Source: Nitrospirota bacterium (GTDB lineage: Bacteria > Nitrospirota > Nitrospiria > JACQBZ01). Taken from it: a DNA stretch of 64,000 nt. Location: positions 1,994 through 65,993 of the forward strand of contig JACQBZ010000020.1 of assembly GCA_016194285.1 (NCBI GenBank), written 5' to 3'. The notes beneath the pieces were generated by a model, which was given only the letters and a program-made list of their open reading frames with translations, was not told the DNA's origin and did not search any database. The position numbers and the translations under genes were made by a program. Positions 27,616 to 37,501 of the stretch are shown here, in pieces (position 1 is the first letter of the stretch; each line of letters opens with the position of its first letter).

Positions 27616-28156
27616 GCATCTCTATCAGCGTGTTGTGACGCTTCTGGAATCGTTGCGGGTTCCTTACCTCATTGTGGGCGGACTGGCTACGGGGGTTCTG
27701 GGCGAGCCGCGATTGACCCATGATGTGGATGCGATTGTGGATCTGAAAACCGGGGATCTTGACCGTTTGCTGCCGAAGGCTCGAGAGGAAGGCTTCGATT
27801 TCGACGAGCAGGCTGTCCGCGCGAACATCAAACGACAGGGAACCTTTCGGCTTCAATATCAAAATGCATGGCTTGATATCATCGTGTCTTCTACGGAGTT
27901 TGAGCAAAGCGCTTTTAAACGAAAAAAACGCGTGCAGGTCCTCGATGTTGAAGCCAACTTTCCAAGTCCGGAGGATTTTATTCTGCTGAAGCTGATTCCC
28001 GGCCGGCAGAAAGATTTGCTGGATGTGGAGTCGGTTGTCGCAAGGCATCGAGACAAGTTGGATCGTGCCTATCTGGAACAATGGGCGCAGAAAATCTCGG
28101 ATGAGATGGAAGACCTTCGTCTGTTCAATATGCTCAGGAAGTTGTTAAACCGCTAA
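27596..28156 (+). CDS. Pol-beta-superfamily nucleotidyltransferase (DUF6036/AbiEii-like)
   Basis: YLIVGGLA..VLGEPRLTHDVDAIV, LDII, SPEDFILLK, GRQKDLLDV. Confidence 0.8.
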   Translation: MPESGFRHLYQRVVTLLESLRVPYLIVGGLATGVLGEPRLTHDVDAIVDLKTGDLDRLLPKAREEGFDFDEQAVRANIKRQGTFRLQYQNAWLDIIVSSTEFEQSAFKRKKRVQVLDVEANFPSPEDFILLKLIPGRQKDLLDVESVVARHRDKLDRAYLEQWAQKISDEMEDLRLFNMLRKLLNR

Positions 28157-28204
28157 GCCGATTCCTTTCGATCACAGCCCGGCAGGAATTCGCCTCGCTC
28201 GGCT

Positions 28205-28600
28205 TCAGAAAACGGCTATGATCTCATCCGGAATTCGCCGGGGACGGCCGGACGAGACGCAGACCAAGACCACGATCGATTCGGCGATCAGGCGGCCGTT
28301 CTGATCCCGAACGGTGTGGGAAAACGTGAGGCTGGCCTTCGAAACATCCGTCACGGCCGTCTCAATGTCCAGGAGGTCCGAATAGCGGGCCGGGGCCTTA
28401 TAGTGGACCTCCACACGCGTCACGACGAAGTACAATCCTTTCCCGGCCCATGTTCCAAGCTCGATCCCTCGCTCGCGGAGGTGTTCGGTCCGGGCCCGCT
28501 CCAAATACCGCAAGTAGTTGGCGTAATAAACGACACCGCCGCAATCGGTATCTTCATAATAGATCCGGACCGCCAGGTGACTCTTCGCCGGTTGCCCCAT
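28205..28600 (-). CDS. ybgC: YbgC/FadM-family acyl-CoA thioesterase
   Basis: RIYYEDTDCGGVVYYANYL.YLERARTE, YKAPARYSD. Confidence 0.85.
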   Translation of the reverse strand: MGQPAKSHLAVRIYYEDTDCGGVVYYANYLRYLERARTEHLRERGIELGTWAGKGLYFVVTRVEVHYKAPARYSDLLDIETAVTDVSKASLTFSHTVRDQNGRLIAESIVVLVCVSSGRPRRIPDEIIAVF

Positions 28601-28729
28601 GATGGAACCGCCTTTCTGCGCCTTTGGCTGAAAATGAAAAGACACCACTCGGCGATGGTGTCCAGAAGATGTCCCCTCCGTTTTAGAAAGACCCGGGAAA
28701 GCCTAACGCCGACGGAATCCTTCGACCGT

Positions 28730-29296
28730 TCAGTTCAGCAGAATTTTCTTAACCTGCCGATACTCCGCATTCTGAAGATGGTCCAAAGCGGCTTTGACAT
28801 AGCCTAATCCGATAACGCACAGCTCAAAATTATCCGAAAGTTTCCGGAAAAGCGGCACAAACGGTTTGTATTGACCGTAATTGAATTCGGACACGCTCCG
28901 ATAGGAATGTTTCCCGACTTTGATATAGTCGATTAGAAAGTCCGGATGGTGAATCCATTGACCGATCTTCATGCGTTTCAGGAATTCCGGAAATAGGCCG
29001 ACCATGAACAGCGTGAAGTCACCGATATGTCGGTGGACCTCTCGTTCCCGTTCGAACGAACCGGCATTGAGCAACAGGTCGGCTTCGAGCAGCATCCCGG
29101 CCACTTCCTCCAACCGTTTTCCTTTCGCGTTCCCAATCCGGTAAAGATGATCGACGTGGATAAAATCAAGCAGTAAGTTGGAGACGTAATGGACCACCGG
29201 TTGATCCGGCCATCGTAATTTTTGAGAAAATGTCCGTTCGGTGAGGTCCGTGAAAAGCTGTCTCAAGGGATGATGATCGGGAACCGGTTTTGACAT
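28730..29296 (-). CDS. Conserved hypothetical protein
   Basis: 188 aa helical ORF; HRHIGDFTLFM.GLFPE and Y..VGK.SY look like conserved motifs; no function recognised. Confidence 0.7.
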   Translation of the reverse strand: MSKPVPDHHPLRQLFTDLTERTFSQKLRWPDQPVVHYVSNLLLDFIHVDHLYRIGNAKGKRLEEVAGMLLEADLLLNAGSFEREREVHRHIGDFTLFMVGLFPEFLKRMKIGQWIHHPDFLIDYIKVGKHSYRSVSEFNYGQYKPFVPLFRKLSDNFELCVIGLGYVKAALDHLQNAEYRQVKKILLN

Positions 29297-29353
29297 TGCC
29301 GAATCCTCTATTTAATTTTGATTATAGCACAGATTTTCAATGTCACCCGATTC

Positions 29354-30151
29354 TCACTCGGAGGTCAAATTCAGGAGTTGTCGGCCATGGCCGATGGACA
29401 CGCTGGTCCGGATCGCCTGATGAACAAAGCCTTTCGCTTTTCGAACGGCTTGTGGAACGTTTAACCCGGCCGCCAGACCGGCCGTGATGGCCGCGGAAAG
29501 AACACACCCGGCGCCATGCAGGCGTCGGCCTCGAACACGGGCCCTTCGAAAACGTTGCGTCTCTGAATCCCCGACCAGCAGATCGAGGGCGGCGTCGCCT
29601 TCAAGATGTCCCCCTTTGACCAGAACGTATCGGGGTCCCATCGCATGGATTTCCATTCCCGCTCGCTCCATCTCCTTCTCCGTCCGGACCGACAGTCCGG
29701 TCAGGGCCTCGGCCTCTTTGAGATTGGGGGTGACCACCAGGGCCAGTGGCAGCAGCGCCTTTTTCAATAATTCGATATCGTCCTTCTTCAGAATAGGATA
29801 GCCAGTGGAGGAACGAACGATGGGGTCTAGGACATAGTGCGCGAGATGATATTTTTTCAGAAGCTCCCCGACGATCTCGATGCTTTCCCCATCCAGAAGC
29901 ATGCCCGTCTTTACGGCTTGAACCGTGATGTCGTCCAGAAGGGTCGTGATCTGTTTTCGGAGAAGATCGGGAGGGATCTTGACCACCTCCTGAATCCCCA
30001 GGGTGTTCTGGATCGTCAAGGAAGCGATCACGGCGGTTCCGTGAACATTCAGATCGGCAAACGTCCTCAGATCGGCCTGAATTCCGGCGCCGCCCGTTGG
30101 ATCCGAACCGGCGATGGTCAAGGCCACGTTCAAAGCGGATACCTCATTCAA
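29354..30151 (-). CDS. thiD: Hydroxymethylpyrimidine/phosphomethylpyrimidine kinase
   Basis: TIAGSDPTGGAGIQAD, VKTGML, VVTPNL.EA, VLVKGGH, HGAGC. Confidence 0.93.
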   Translation of the reverse strand: MNEVSALNVALTIAGSDPTGGAGIQADLRTFADLNVHGTAVIASLTIQNTLGIQEVVKIPPDLLRKQITTLLDDITVQAVKTGMLLDGESIEIVGELLKKYHLAHYVLDPIVRSSTGYPILKKDDIELLKKALLPLALVVTPNLKEAEALTGLSVRTEKEMERAGMEIHAMGPRYVLVKGGHLEGDAALDLLVGDSETQRFRRARVRGRRLHGAGCVLSAAITAGLAAGLNVPQAVRKAKGFVHQAIRTSVSIGHGRQLLNLTSE

Positions 30152-31010
30152 GGTTCAAAACAGATAGTGGATTGACACGAGCCCCGTCGATCCGCATGCC
30201 CCAATGGAGATGCGGACCGGTGGCGCGTCCGGTGGCCCCAACTTTACCCAGAACCACTCCCTTATGGATCCTCTCTCCTTCCGCAACGTCCACCTCATCC
30301 AGATGAAAATACATGGTAAAGAGTCCCAGGCCATGATCCAAGACAATGCTCTTTCCGCTGAAGAAGAAATCCCCCACCAATACCACCACGCCCTCGTTGG
30401 TCGCGTGGACTTCCGTCCCTTTGGGTGCGTTGATGTCCTCTCCGCTATGAGGAGATCGGGGTTCGCCGTTCATGATCCGTCTCAGTCCAAAAGTCCCGGC
30501 GATTTTACCCTCCACCGGCATGATAAAACGGCCTTCCCAAAATTTCTGCGCCGTCACCTTGCTAAGCGATTGCAAAATCTTTTCCTGTTCTTCTTCGGCC
30601 CGCTTGGCCGTCTCTTCGTCGAGATCCACGTAATTTTTGGGAACCGTCAATTCCTGGGTTGCAAAATGGACCGGAAGCACTTCAACAGTGTAATGACGCT
30701 GTTCCACAGAGCCGTCATCCTTTGAAACTTCCACCCGTAGATCCTCTCGGGAAGGAGGATCGGCCAGATCAACCCCGATCAACGCCCTGAACTGCCCCGG
30801 GGCCTCTGCCTTAAAAAAAGGAATGGTCCGATGACGGAGTTCGCCCTGCACCGATGTGGCGCGGGGGCCGACCCGAACGGAAAAATAAAACAGATCTCCT
30901 TGTCTGACGCGGACGGGAGAGACCGGATTCGCTTTCACACGCGTTTGGGATAAAGTCTCGGCGGACCAGGACGGCATTTCTCCTCCCACCATCAACAAGA
31001 GGAGACTCAC
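30144..31010 (-). CDS. M23-family metallopeptidase
   Basis: HSGED (HxxxD), GKSIVLDHG, YFHL, GRATGPHLHW. Confidence 0.9.
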   Translation of the reverse strand: MSLLLLMVGGEMPSWSAETLSQTRVKANPVSPVRVRQGDLFYFSVRVGPRATSVQGELRHRTIPFFKAEAPGQFRALIGVDLADPPSREDLRVEVSKDDGSVEQRHYTVEVLPVHFATQELTVPKNYVDLDEETAKRAEEEQEKILQSLSKVTAQKFWEGRFIMPVEGKIAGTFGLRRIMNGEPRSPHSGEDINAPKGTEVHATNEGVVVLVGDFFFSGKSIVLDHGLGLFTMYFHLDEVDVAEGERIHKGVVLGKVGATGRATGPHLHWGMRIDGARVNPLSVLNLE

Positions 31011-31027
31011 GAGAAAGGGCGGGTAAG

Positions 31028-32404
31028 CTACCTTGAAAACCTGTGACCGGAAGCTGCAGCGATTAATTCCTCAACCCTCCTATCGGACGAGCTGAAAGGA
31101 TCCATACAGAGGATGGTTTCTTCCCAGTAGCCATTCAGTTTGAGATAGGTCCAGTCCACCGTATAAGAACGATTCTTTTCACGGGCGAACCGGATGAAAT
31201 CTCCTCGGATCTTGGCCCGCGTGGTTTGAGGCGGCTCATTCATCGCCAACTGAATATCCTCTTCTTCGACCACTTTCTCAACCATATCCATTTTTTCCAG
31301 GACATAGTATAAGCCTCGCGACCGCTTCACATCGTGATACTGGAGGTCCATCAGCAGAATTCGAGGATCGTCCCAACCGCAGTCCTTTTTCTCCATATAG
31401 GAAACCATGAGCTCTTTTTTCATCACCCAATCGATCTGACGGGAGAGTTGCATGGGATCCTCTTCCAATTTGTTCAGGGTATTCTCCCATTTTTGAACGA
31501 TATCTTCAGTGATGGAATCGACCTCGGTCGATGCCAGGTAATCATAGGCCCGCTCCAGATAGATTCGCTGGATCTCGATCCCCGTCAGTTCCCGACCGTC
31601 CTCCAATTTGACACGCCGCTTGAGCGTCGTGTCTCTCGAAATCTCCCGAATGGCCTTCACGGGGTCCTCCAACTCGATGTTGGGAACGGTGTAGCCCTCT
31701 TCAATCATGGACAACACAACGGCGGTGACCCCAATTTTCATCAGCGTCGTAAACTCGGACATGTTCGAGTCCCCGACGATGATGTGAAGACGACGGTACT
31801 TCTCGGCATCCGCGTGGGGTTCATCCCGCGTATTGATGATGCTCCGTGACGAGGTGGTCGAAGACGAGGTTTTTTCGTGGATATGCTGTGCCCGCTGGGA
31901 AAGGAAGTAGTGCGTTTTACCGGAGAGTTTCAGGAGTTTACCGGCCCCCGCATAGATCTGGCGTGTGACAAAGAAAGGGATCAGCTGCTCCGTGACTTTC
32001 CAAAAGTCCACATCCCGCCTCATCAGGTAATTCTCGTGGCATCCATAGGTATTCCCCATCGAGTCGGTGTTGTTCTTAAAAATAAAAATTTCTCCGTTGA
32101 GCCCCTCTTCTTTGAGTCGTTCTTCCGCCAACGGCAGACAGCCCTCGACCAGGCGTTCACCCGCTTTGTCGTGGGTGACCAGATCAAAGATGTTATCGCA
32201 CTCGGGCGTGGAATATTCAGGGTGACATCCGGTATCTTGATAAAATCGGGCTCCGTTGACCAGGAAAGCATTTGAGGGCCAACTGTTCGGGATCAAACCT
32301 TCAAAGATATACCCCAGCACTTTCTCCACGGGCAGATAGACCTTGCCGTTCGGAGAAAAGATCAAACCGTATTCATTTTCGAGTCCAAAGATGCGTTGTC
32401 GCAT
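31028..32404 (-). CDS. pafA: Pup-protein ligase
   Basis: RIFGLENEYG, NGARFYQDTGCHPEYSTPEC, GCHENY, RRLHIIVGDSNM, DLQYHD. Confidence 0.95.
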   Translation of the reverse strand: MRQRIFGLENEYGLIFSPNGKVYLPVEKVLGYIFEGLIPNSWPSNAFLVNGARFYQDTGCHPEYSTPECDNIFDLVTHDKAGERLVEGCLPLAEERLKEEGLNGEIFIFKNNTDSMGNTYGCHENYLMRRDVDFWKVTEQLIPFFVTRQIYAGAGKLLKLSGKTHYFLSQRAQHIHEKTSSSTTSSRSIINTRDEPHADAEKYRRLHIIVGDSNMSEFTTLMKIGVTAVVLSMIEEGYTVPNIELEDPVKAIREISRDTTLKRRVKLEDGRELTGIEIQRIYLERAYDYLASTEVDSITEDIVQKWENTLNKLEEDPMQLSRQIDWVMKKELMVSYMEKKDCGWDDPRILLMDLQYHDVKRSRGLYYVLEKMDMVEKVVEEEDIQLAMNEPPQTTRAKIRGDFIRFAREKNRSYTVDWTYLKLNGYWEETILCMDPFSSSDRRVEELIAAASGHRFSR

Positions 32405-32414
32405 GAGAACTACC

Positions 32415-33110
32415 TTACCGAGGATGGATCAACTCCGTGACCTCGTCCGTCGTCAATCGCCTGAATTTTCGGCCCTGACGGTTCCGGTCCAGCACCGCAA
32501 CCTCCAGACTCTGGACGGCGAGGCGCTGGCCCGTGGTGCTTTCCATGGCTTCCGTGCATAACTTCAGCGTATCCGACAGGGGAACACCCACTTTGTAGCG
32601 GTCCTTTAAGAACAGCGTAATGGCTTCCGACCGTCCCCCGATCACCGTAAAACCCCGTTCATCCGTGATGCTGCCATCGAAGGAAATGCGATAAATCTCA
32701 CCCGATTGTCCACCCTCGCCCACGGCGACAACGGCAATCTCCACCTCCAGCGGCTTGACTTCCTGACTGAAAGCCGTGCCCAGCGCTTGAGAGTAGGCGT
32801 TCGCCAAGGATTTGGCCGTGACATCTTCCCGGCTGTACATATAGCCCTTCAGATCGGCATGCCGGATACCCGCCTTTCGCAGATTTTCAAACTCGCTGTA
32901 TCTTCCCGCCCCCAGAAAGGCGATGTTGTCGTAAATCTCCGATATCTTGTTCAGAGACGTGCTGGGGTTGTCCGCCACCATCAAAATCCCATCTTGATAT
33001 TCCATCGCGATGATCGACCGGCCCTTGGCAATGCCCTTTTTGGCATACTCCGCCTTGTCCTGCATCATCTGTTCGGGCGAGACGTAATACGGAAAGGCCA
33101 TCTCAGGCAC
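32415..33110 (-). CDS. prcA: 20S proteasome alpha subunit
   Basis: PYYVSPEQMMQD..YA.KGIA.GRS, KISEIYD, KPLEVEI, LEVAVLDR. Confidence 0.95.
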   Translation of the reverse strand: MPEMAFPYYVSPEQMMQDKAEYAKKGIAKGRSIIAMEYQDGILMVADNPSTSLNKISEIYDNIAFLGAGRYSEFENLRKAGIRHADLKGYMYSREDVTAKSLANAYSQALGTAFSQEVKPLEVEIAVVAVGEGGQSGEIYRISFDGSITDERGFTVIGGRSEAITLFLKDRYKVGVPLSDTLKLCTEAMESTTGQRLAVQSLEVAVLDRNRQGRKFRRLTTDEVTELIHPR

Positions 33111-33918
33111 CTCGCTTCCGGGTCTCGATCAACTGTTCATAGATCTGGCGGATCTGGCGCTCATCGGTATCGATGACGCCCTTGACCGTCACCGTTTTAA
33201 CGGTCGGATAAATGCCCCGAACCAAATCCGGCCCCCCGGTGCCGATATCTTCCTCCGCCGCATCATACAGCGCCACCAACGCCGTCCGAACGGCGTCGTT
33301 CTCGGCCATCTCGGATTGATATAATTTCTTCATCGTCGTGCGGGCGTCTTTTCCACCGGACCCGGTCGAAAAATAGTCGGTCTCTTCATATCGCCCGCCG
33401 GTGATATCATATTTAAAAATGCGTCCTTCGTTCCGCTTTAAATCGTAACCGACAAAGATTGGGATAACGACCAAACCCTGGAAGGCCATCGGGAGATTCC
33501 CTTTGACCATCTGGGCCAGTTTATTAGCCTTTCCATCCGTCGATAATTCCGCGCCTTCTAATTTTTCGTAATGTTCCAACTCGGTCTGAAAGAGCCGGGC
33601 CAATTCAATACAGGGTCCTGCGGCGCCGGCAATGGCGATCGCGGAATGCTCATCCACCTTATAGACTTTTTCAATCCGGCGAGCCGACACCTGGTAGCCT
33701 TCCGTCGCCATGCGATCTCCGGCGATGATCACCCCGTCCCGATATTTCAAGGCCAGGACGGTCGTCCCGTGCAACACCATCGCAGACAGAGGCCGATCGC
33801 TTCCGCCTTCCTCCGTGTCTTTACGGACACCCGGCAGTGCCTCCGGACGATGGGACGAAAGCCAGTCATAAAAACTGGGTCCCGGATCTTGAAACGGCCC
33901 CTTGAATCTAAAATCCAA
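33103..33918 (-). CDS. prcB: 20S proteasome beta subunit
   Basis: Propeptide then HG|TT catalytic Thr, AGDRMAT, GSG, DIGTGGPD. Confidence 0.95.
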   Translation of the reverse strand: MDFRFKGPFQDPGPSFYDWLSSHRPEALPGVRKDTEEGGSDRPLSAMVLHGTTVLALKYRDGVIIAGDRMATEGYQVSARRIEKVYKVDEHSAIAIAGAAGPCIELARLFQTELEHYEKLEGAELSTDGKANKLAQMVKGNLPMAFQGLVVIPIFVGYDLKRNEGRIFKYDITGGRYEETDYFSTGSGGKDARTTMKKLYQSEMAENDAVRTALVALYDAAEEDIGTGGPDLVRGIYPTVKTVTVKGVIDTDERQIRQIYEQLIETRKRGA

Positions 33919-33920
33919 CG

Positions 33921-34121
33921 TTACTCTCCACCCTTCTGGACGTAGTTCTTGACAAACTCCTCCGCGTTTTCCTCCAACACGTCGTCGATTTTATCCATGA
34001 GTTTGTCAAGATCTTCCTTGATCTTTTTACCCTTCTCGGCGCTCTTCGAACCGGTCCCCGTCTCTTCTTCTTTTTTGCCGGACTCTTTTTTCCGGTCTGT
34101 TTTGTGTTCCTGTTTGGACAA
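33921..34121 (-). CDS. pup: Prokaryotic ubiquitin-like protein Pup (C-terminal GGE)
   Basis: LMDKIDDVLEENAEEFVKNYVQKGGE. Confidence 0.95.
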   Translation of the reverse strand: MSKQEHKTDRKKESGKKEEETGTGSKSAEKGKKIKEDLDKLMDKIDDVLEENAEEFVKNYVQKGGE

Positions 34122-34139
34122 GGTTTCTCACCCCCTTAC

Positions 34140-35618
34140 TTACATGCTCAGGTGGCCCAAGACTTCCTCGATGGACTGGGCCGATTCCAACAACGTCCGG
34201 GTCAGGCTTTCTGTTCCGCGAAACGGTTCCATTAAGGGGACCTTCTTGATGGTGGTGTTTCCGACATCAAAAAGGATCGAGCTCCAGCTGGCCGCGTACA
34301 CTTCCTTGGGAAACTTTTTCAGGCAACTCCCTCGGAAGTAGGCCCGCGTGTCCGTCGGCGGATTCTGTTCGGCCTGCTCAATCTCCCGGTCCGTGGTAAG
34401 GCGGTCCACGTACTGGTCTTTTTCCAGGGCGGTGTACAGCCCCTTTTCAGGGCGAAGGTCGTGATACTGGAGATCCATCATCGCCAGACGCGAATCTCCC
34501 CATCCGCATTTTTTCCGTTCCATATACGATTGAATCAGTTTCAGTTTGATCACCCAATCAATCTGTCGGGAAAGCTGCATGGGATCTTCTTCAAGCCGAT
34601 CCAGGACCTCTTCCCACTTCTTCAAGACATCCCGCGTCGTTTGATCCAGCTCATGTTTCTCAAAGAAACGATGGGCCGCTTCAAGATAGAGCCGTTGAAC
34701 TTCAATGGCCGTGAATTTCCGCCCATCGGACAAACGAATCGGCGCCTTTAAATCGATATCCCGCGACACTTCTTTGATGGAGCGAACCGGATCCTCCAGT
34801 TCGAGTTCCGGCAACGGCCAGTTCTCTTCGATCAGGGTCAGCAAAATGGCCGTCGCCCCGAGTTTGATATAGGTGGAGTATTCCGCCATGTTCGCGTCTC
34901 CGACGATGACGTGCAGGCGGCGATATTTAACGGCATCGGCATGGGGCTCATCTCGCGTGTTGATAATCGGCCGTTTCACCATGGTATTGAGATCCACAAC
35001 GGTTTCGAAAAAATCCGCTCGCTGGGATATCTGGTACGACACCGGCGGCATTCGATTCTCGGCGCCGACCTTTCCGGATCCGGCATAAATCTGCCGGGTC
35101 ACAAAAAAGGGAATTAAATGCTTCATCAGCGATTCAAAAGGCACCGTCCGATCGACCAGATAGTTTTCATGATAACCGTAACTGTTGCCTTTCCCATCGG
35201 TGTTGTTGCGATAGAGAACAATCTTGTCCTGCTCCTTAATCCGGCTGGCGTGCTCACAGCACTGACTCAGGATTCGATCACCGGCCTTCTCGTAGATCAA
35301 CACGTCCCGAGGATTGGTGCATTCAGGAGTCGAATACTCGGGATGGGCCCCGTCCACGTACAGGCGGCCTCCATTGGCCAACACCTTATTGAGAAGACGG
35401 TTATAGTCCGGGCCGGGTCGCTCCCGTTCTCCCTCGATCTCAAATCCCCGGACATCCAACAAGGGGTTCTCGTGTTCATAATCCCACAGGACACGAGTCG
35501 AAGGAAGATAAGGATAGTTATTGATCAACAGCAGGGAGGTGGAAACAGGATCAAGTGCTTCTGGATTATGTGTCGCAATACCGAATTCGGTTTCTGTCCC
35601 AAGGATGCGTTTGATCAT
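34140..35618 (-). CDS. dop: Depupylase/deamidase
   Basis: RILGTETEFGI, NGGRLYVDGAHPEYSTPEC, NNTDGKGNSYGYHENY, TRAYFRG. Confidence 0.93.
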   Translation of the reverse strand: MIKRILGTETEFGIATHNPEALDPVSTSLLLINNYPYLPSTRVLWDYEHENPLLDVRGFEIEGERERPGPDYNRLLNKVLANGGRLYVDGAHPEYSTPECTNPRDVLIYEKAGDRILSQCCEHASRIKEQDKIVLYRNNTDGKGNSYGYHENYLVDRTVPFESLMKHLIPFFVTRQIYAGSGKVGAENRMPPVSYQISQRADFFETVVDLNTMVKRPIINTRDEPHADAVKYRRLHVIVGDANMAEYSTYIKLGATAILLTLIEENWPLPELELEDPVRSIKEVSRDIDLKAPIRLSDGRKFTAIEVQRLYLEAAHRFFEKHELDQTTRDVLKKWEEVLDRLEEDPMQLSRQIDWVIKLKLIQSYMERKKCGWGDSRLAMMDLQYHDLRPEKGLYTALEKDQYVDRLTTDREIEQAEQNPPTDTRAYFRGSCLKKFPKEVYAASWSSILFDVGNTTIKKVPLMEPFRGTESLTRTLLESAQSIEEVLGHLSM

Positions 35619-35639
35619 ACAAGGCGCCGGTCGAACCGA

Positions 35640-37409
35640 TCAGAGGTAGTGGCCCGTTGAGATCGTCTCGATCTGTCTCGGTTCATTCTTCTTGGCTCCC
35701 ATGGTTCGAACATGGACGATCTTCTCACCCTTTCTCCCGGCAATCTTGGCCCAATCATCCGGCTGTGTGGTATTGGGCAGGTCTTCATGCTCTTTGAATT
35801 CATCCCGCATCCCTTGCAGAAGATCATCGCCCCGAACCCCGACACGGCCCGTCGCGATGGTACGCTTGATGGCGTATTTCTTCGCACGGGAAACAACCCC
35901 TTCGATCAGTGCTCCGCTGACGAAATCCTTAAAGTAGAGCATCTCCTTTTCGCTATTGGCATAGGTGACTTCCAGAAACTTGTTCTCTTCGCTCTGGCTG
36001 TACATCTGATCCACCGTTTGTTGGATCAACCGGTCGATCGCAACCGCCGTGTTTCCGCCGTCTTTGGCCAGTTCATCCGCATCGTACGGCAAATCAAGCA
36101 ACAAGTATTTCGAAAAAACCGCCTTCGCGGCCCGCTTGTCGGGGCGATCGATGCGGATCTTCACGTCCAGCCGACCCGGCCGGAGAATCGCGGGATCAAT
36201 CAAGTCCTGCCGGTTGCTGGCGCCAATCACGATCACATTCCGGAGGCGCTCGACGCCATCGATCTCGGAAAGGAACTGCGGCACAATCGTGGATTCGATG
36301 TCGGACGAGATACCGGTGCCTCGTGTCCGGAAGAGGGCATCCATCTCGTCGAAAAAGACGATCACCGGCATCCCTTCTTCCGCTTTTTCCTTGGCCTTTT
36401 TAAACACCTCGCGGATTTGACGTTCGCTTTCGCCCACATACTTGTTCAGGAGTTCCGGGCCCTTCACGTGCAGGAAAAAGCTGCGCACATCCTTTCCCGT
36501 CATATGGGCCAGCTTTTTGGCGATCGAGTTGGCCACGGCCTTCGCAATCAATGTTTTCCCGCAACCGGGAGGCCCGTACAGGAGAATGCCCTTTGGAGGA
36601 AGCAGCTTATGCTGGGCGAAGAGATCGGGATGCAAAAACGGCAGCTCGACGGCATCCTTGATCGATTCGATCTGCTCTTCCAGTCCGCCGATATTATCGT
36701 AGCTGACGTCCGGCACCTCTTCCAGCACCAATTCGCCCACTTCCGACTTGGGGAGTTTTTCGAGTAAATAACCGGATCGCGCATCCAAGAGAAGATCATC
36801 CCCGACGCTGAGTTTCTCGTGAAGAAGCGGCTCGGCCAATTCGGCCACCCGTTCTTCATCGGCATGGAGCGTCACGATGGCGCGCTTATTGCCGATGAGG
36901 TCTTTCAGACGCACGACTTCACCCTGACCATCAAATCCCTTCACCTCAACCACATTCAGAGCCTCGTTGAGGACCAGTTCCTGACCCTTTCGCAGATCCT
37001 TGCTTTTGATCGACGGATGAAGATTGACCTTCATCTTGCGTCCGGAGACGTAGACGTTGATGGTGCCGTCCTCATTTCCACTGGAAAAGATGCCGTAGCT
37101 GGAGGGCGGCGCGGTCAACTTTTCCACTTCCACCCGCAAGGCCTCAATCTGAGATTTGGCCTCGTGCAGCGTCGCGGCTAACTTTTCATTCTGTTTGTGG
37201 GCTTGTTCGAGCTGCGATCGGGAAAGGCGCAGTTGACGCAGCTCTTCCTCCATCGACCGGACCTGGACGTGCAGTTTATCAAGTTCTCGCTCGTATTCTT
37301 CGACGTGCTTATTCATGTCAGGCTCGTTCTCCGACAACCGATCCGTGAGTCGCCTCACGGTATTACGCAAGGAGTGAAACCTTCCAGAGCCTTTTTTGGT
37401 TTCCCCCAT
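35640..37409 (-). CDS. arc: Proteasome ATPase ARC/Mpa
   Basis: N-terminal coiled coil, OB domains, [24 protein letters not shown]-terminal GHYL. Confidence 0.95.
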   Translation of the reverse strand: MGETKKGSGRFHSLRNTVRRLTDRLSENEPDMNKHVEEYERELDKLHVQVRSMEEELRQLRLSRSQLEQAHKQNEKLAATLHEAKSQIEALRVEVEKLTAPPSSYGIFSSGNEDGTINVYVSGRKMKVNLHPSIKSKDLRKGQELVLNEALNVVEVKGFDGQGEVVRLKDLIGNKRAIVTLHADEERVAELAEPLLHEKLSVGDDLLLDARSGYLLEKLPKSEVGELVLEEVPDVSYDNIGGLEEQIESIKDAVELPFLHPDLFAQHKLLPPKGILLYGPPGCGKTLIAKAVANSIAKKLAHMTGKDVRSFFLHVKGPELLNKYVGESERQIREVFKKAKEKAEEGMPVIVFFDEMDALFRTRGTGISSDIESTIVPQFLSEIDGVERLRNVIVIGASNRQDLIDPAILRPGRLDVKIRIDRPDKRAAKAVFSKYLLLDLPYDADELAKDGGNTAVAIDRLIQQTVDQMYSQSEENKFLEVTYANSEKEMLYFKDFVSGALIEGVVSRAKKYAIKRTIATGRVGVRGDDLLQGMRDEFKEHEDLPNTTQPDDWAKIAGRKGEKIVHVRTMGAKKNEPRQIETISTGHYL

Positions 37410-37472
37410 TGTCTCTTCTCAAGTCAACAAGGAGAGCGGTCGCATCGTCATCCAATGGGCTCGTTGATTTTT

Positions 37473-37501
37473 ATTCTATCACCGAACCCAACTACGGTCA
37501 A
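37473..37501 (-). promoter_or_regulatory. Putative internal sigma70 promoter for arc operon
   Basis: TTGACC(37501-37496)-17-TAGAAT(37478-37473), overlapping the thiE stop. Confidence 0.6.

Noticed and set aside
33921-34121. UBact rather than Pup
   Set aside because: The C-terminus EEFVKNYVQKGGE is classical Pup
35712-36767. 351-aa plus-strand ORF (similarly 4205-5053 and 48105-48998)
   Set aside because: Antisense to arc, mfd and gap respectively; typical codon-bias shadows
31028-37409. Proteasome genes strictly controlled by the TPP riboswitch
   Set aside because: A good internal promoter (37473-37501) precedes arc; only partial read-through is plausible
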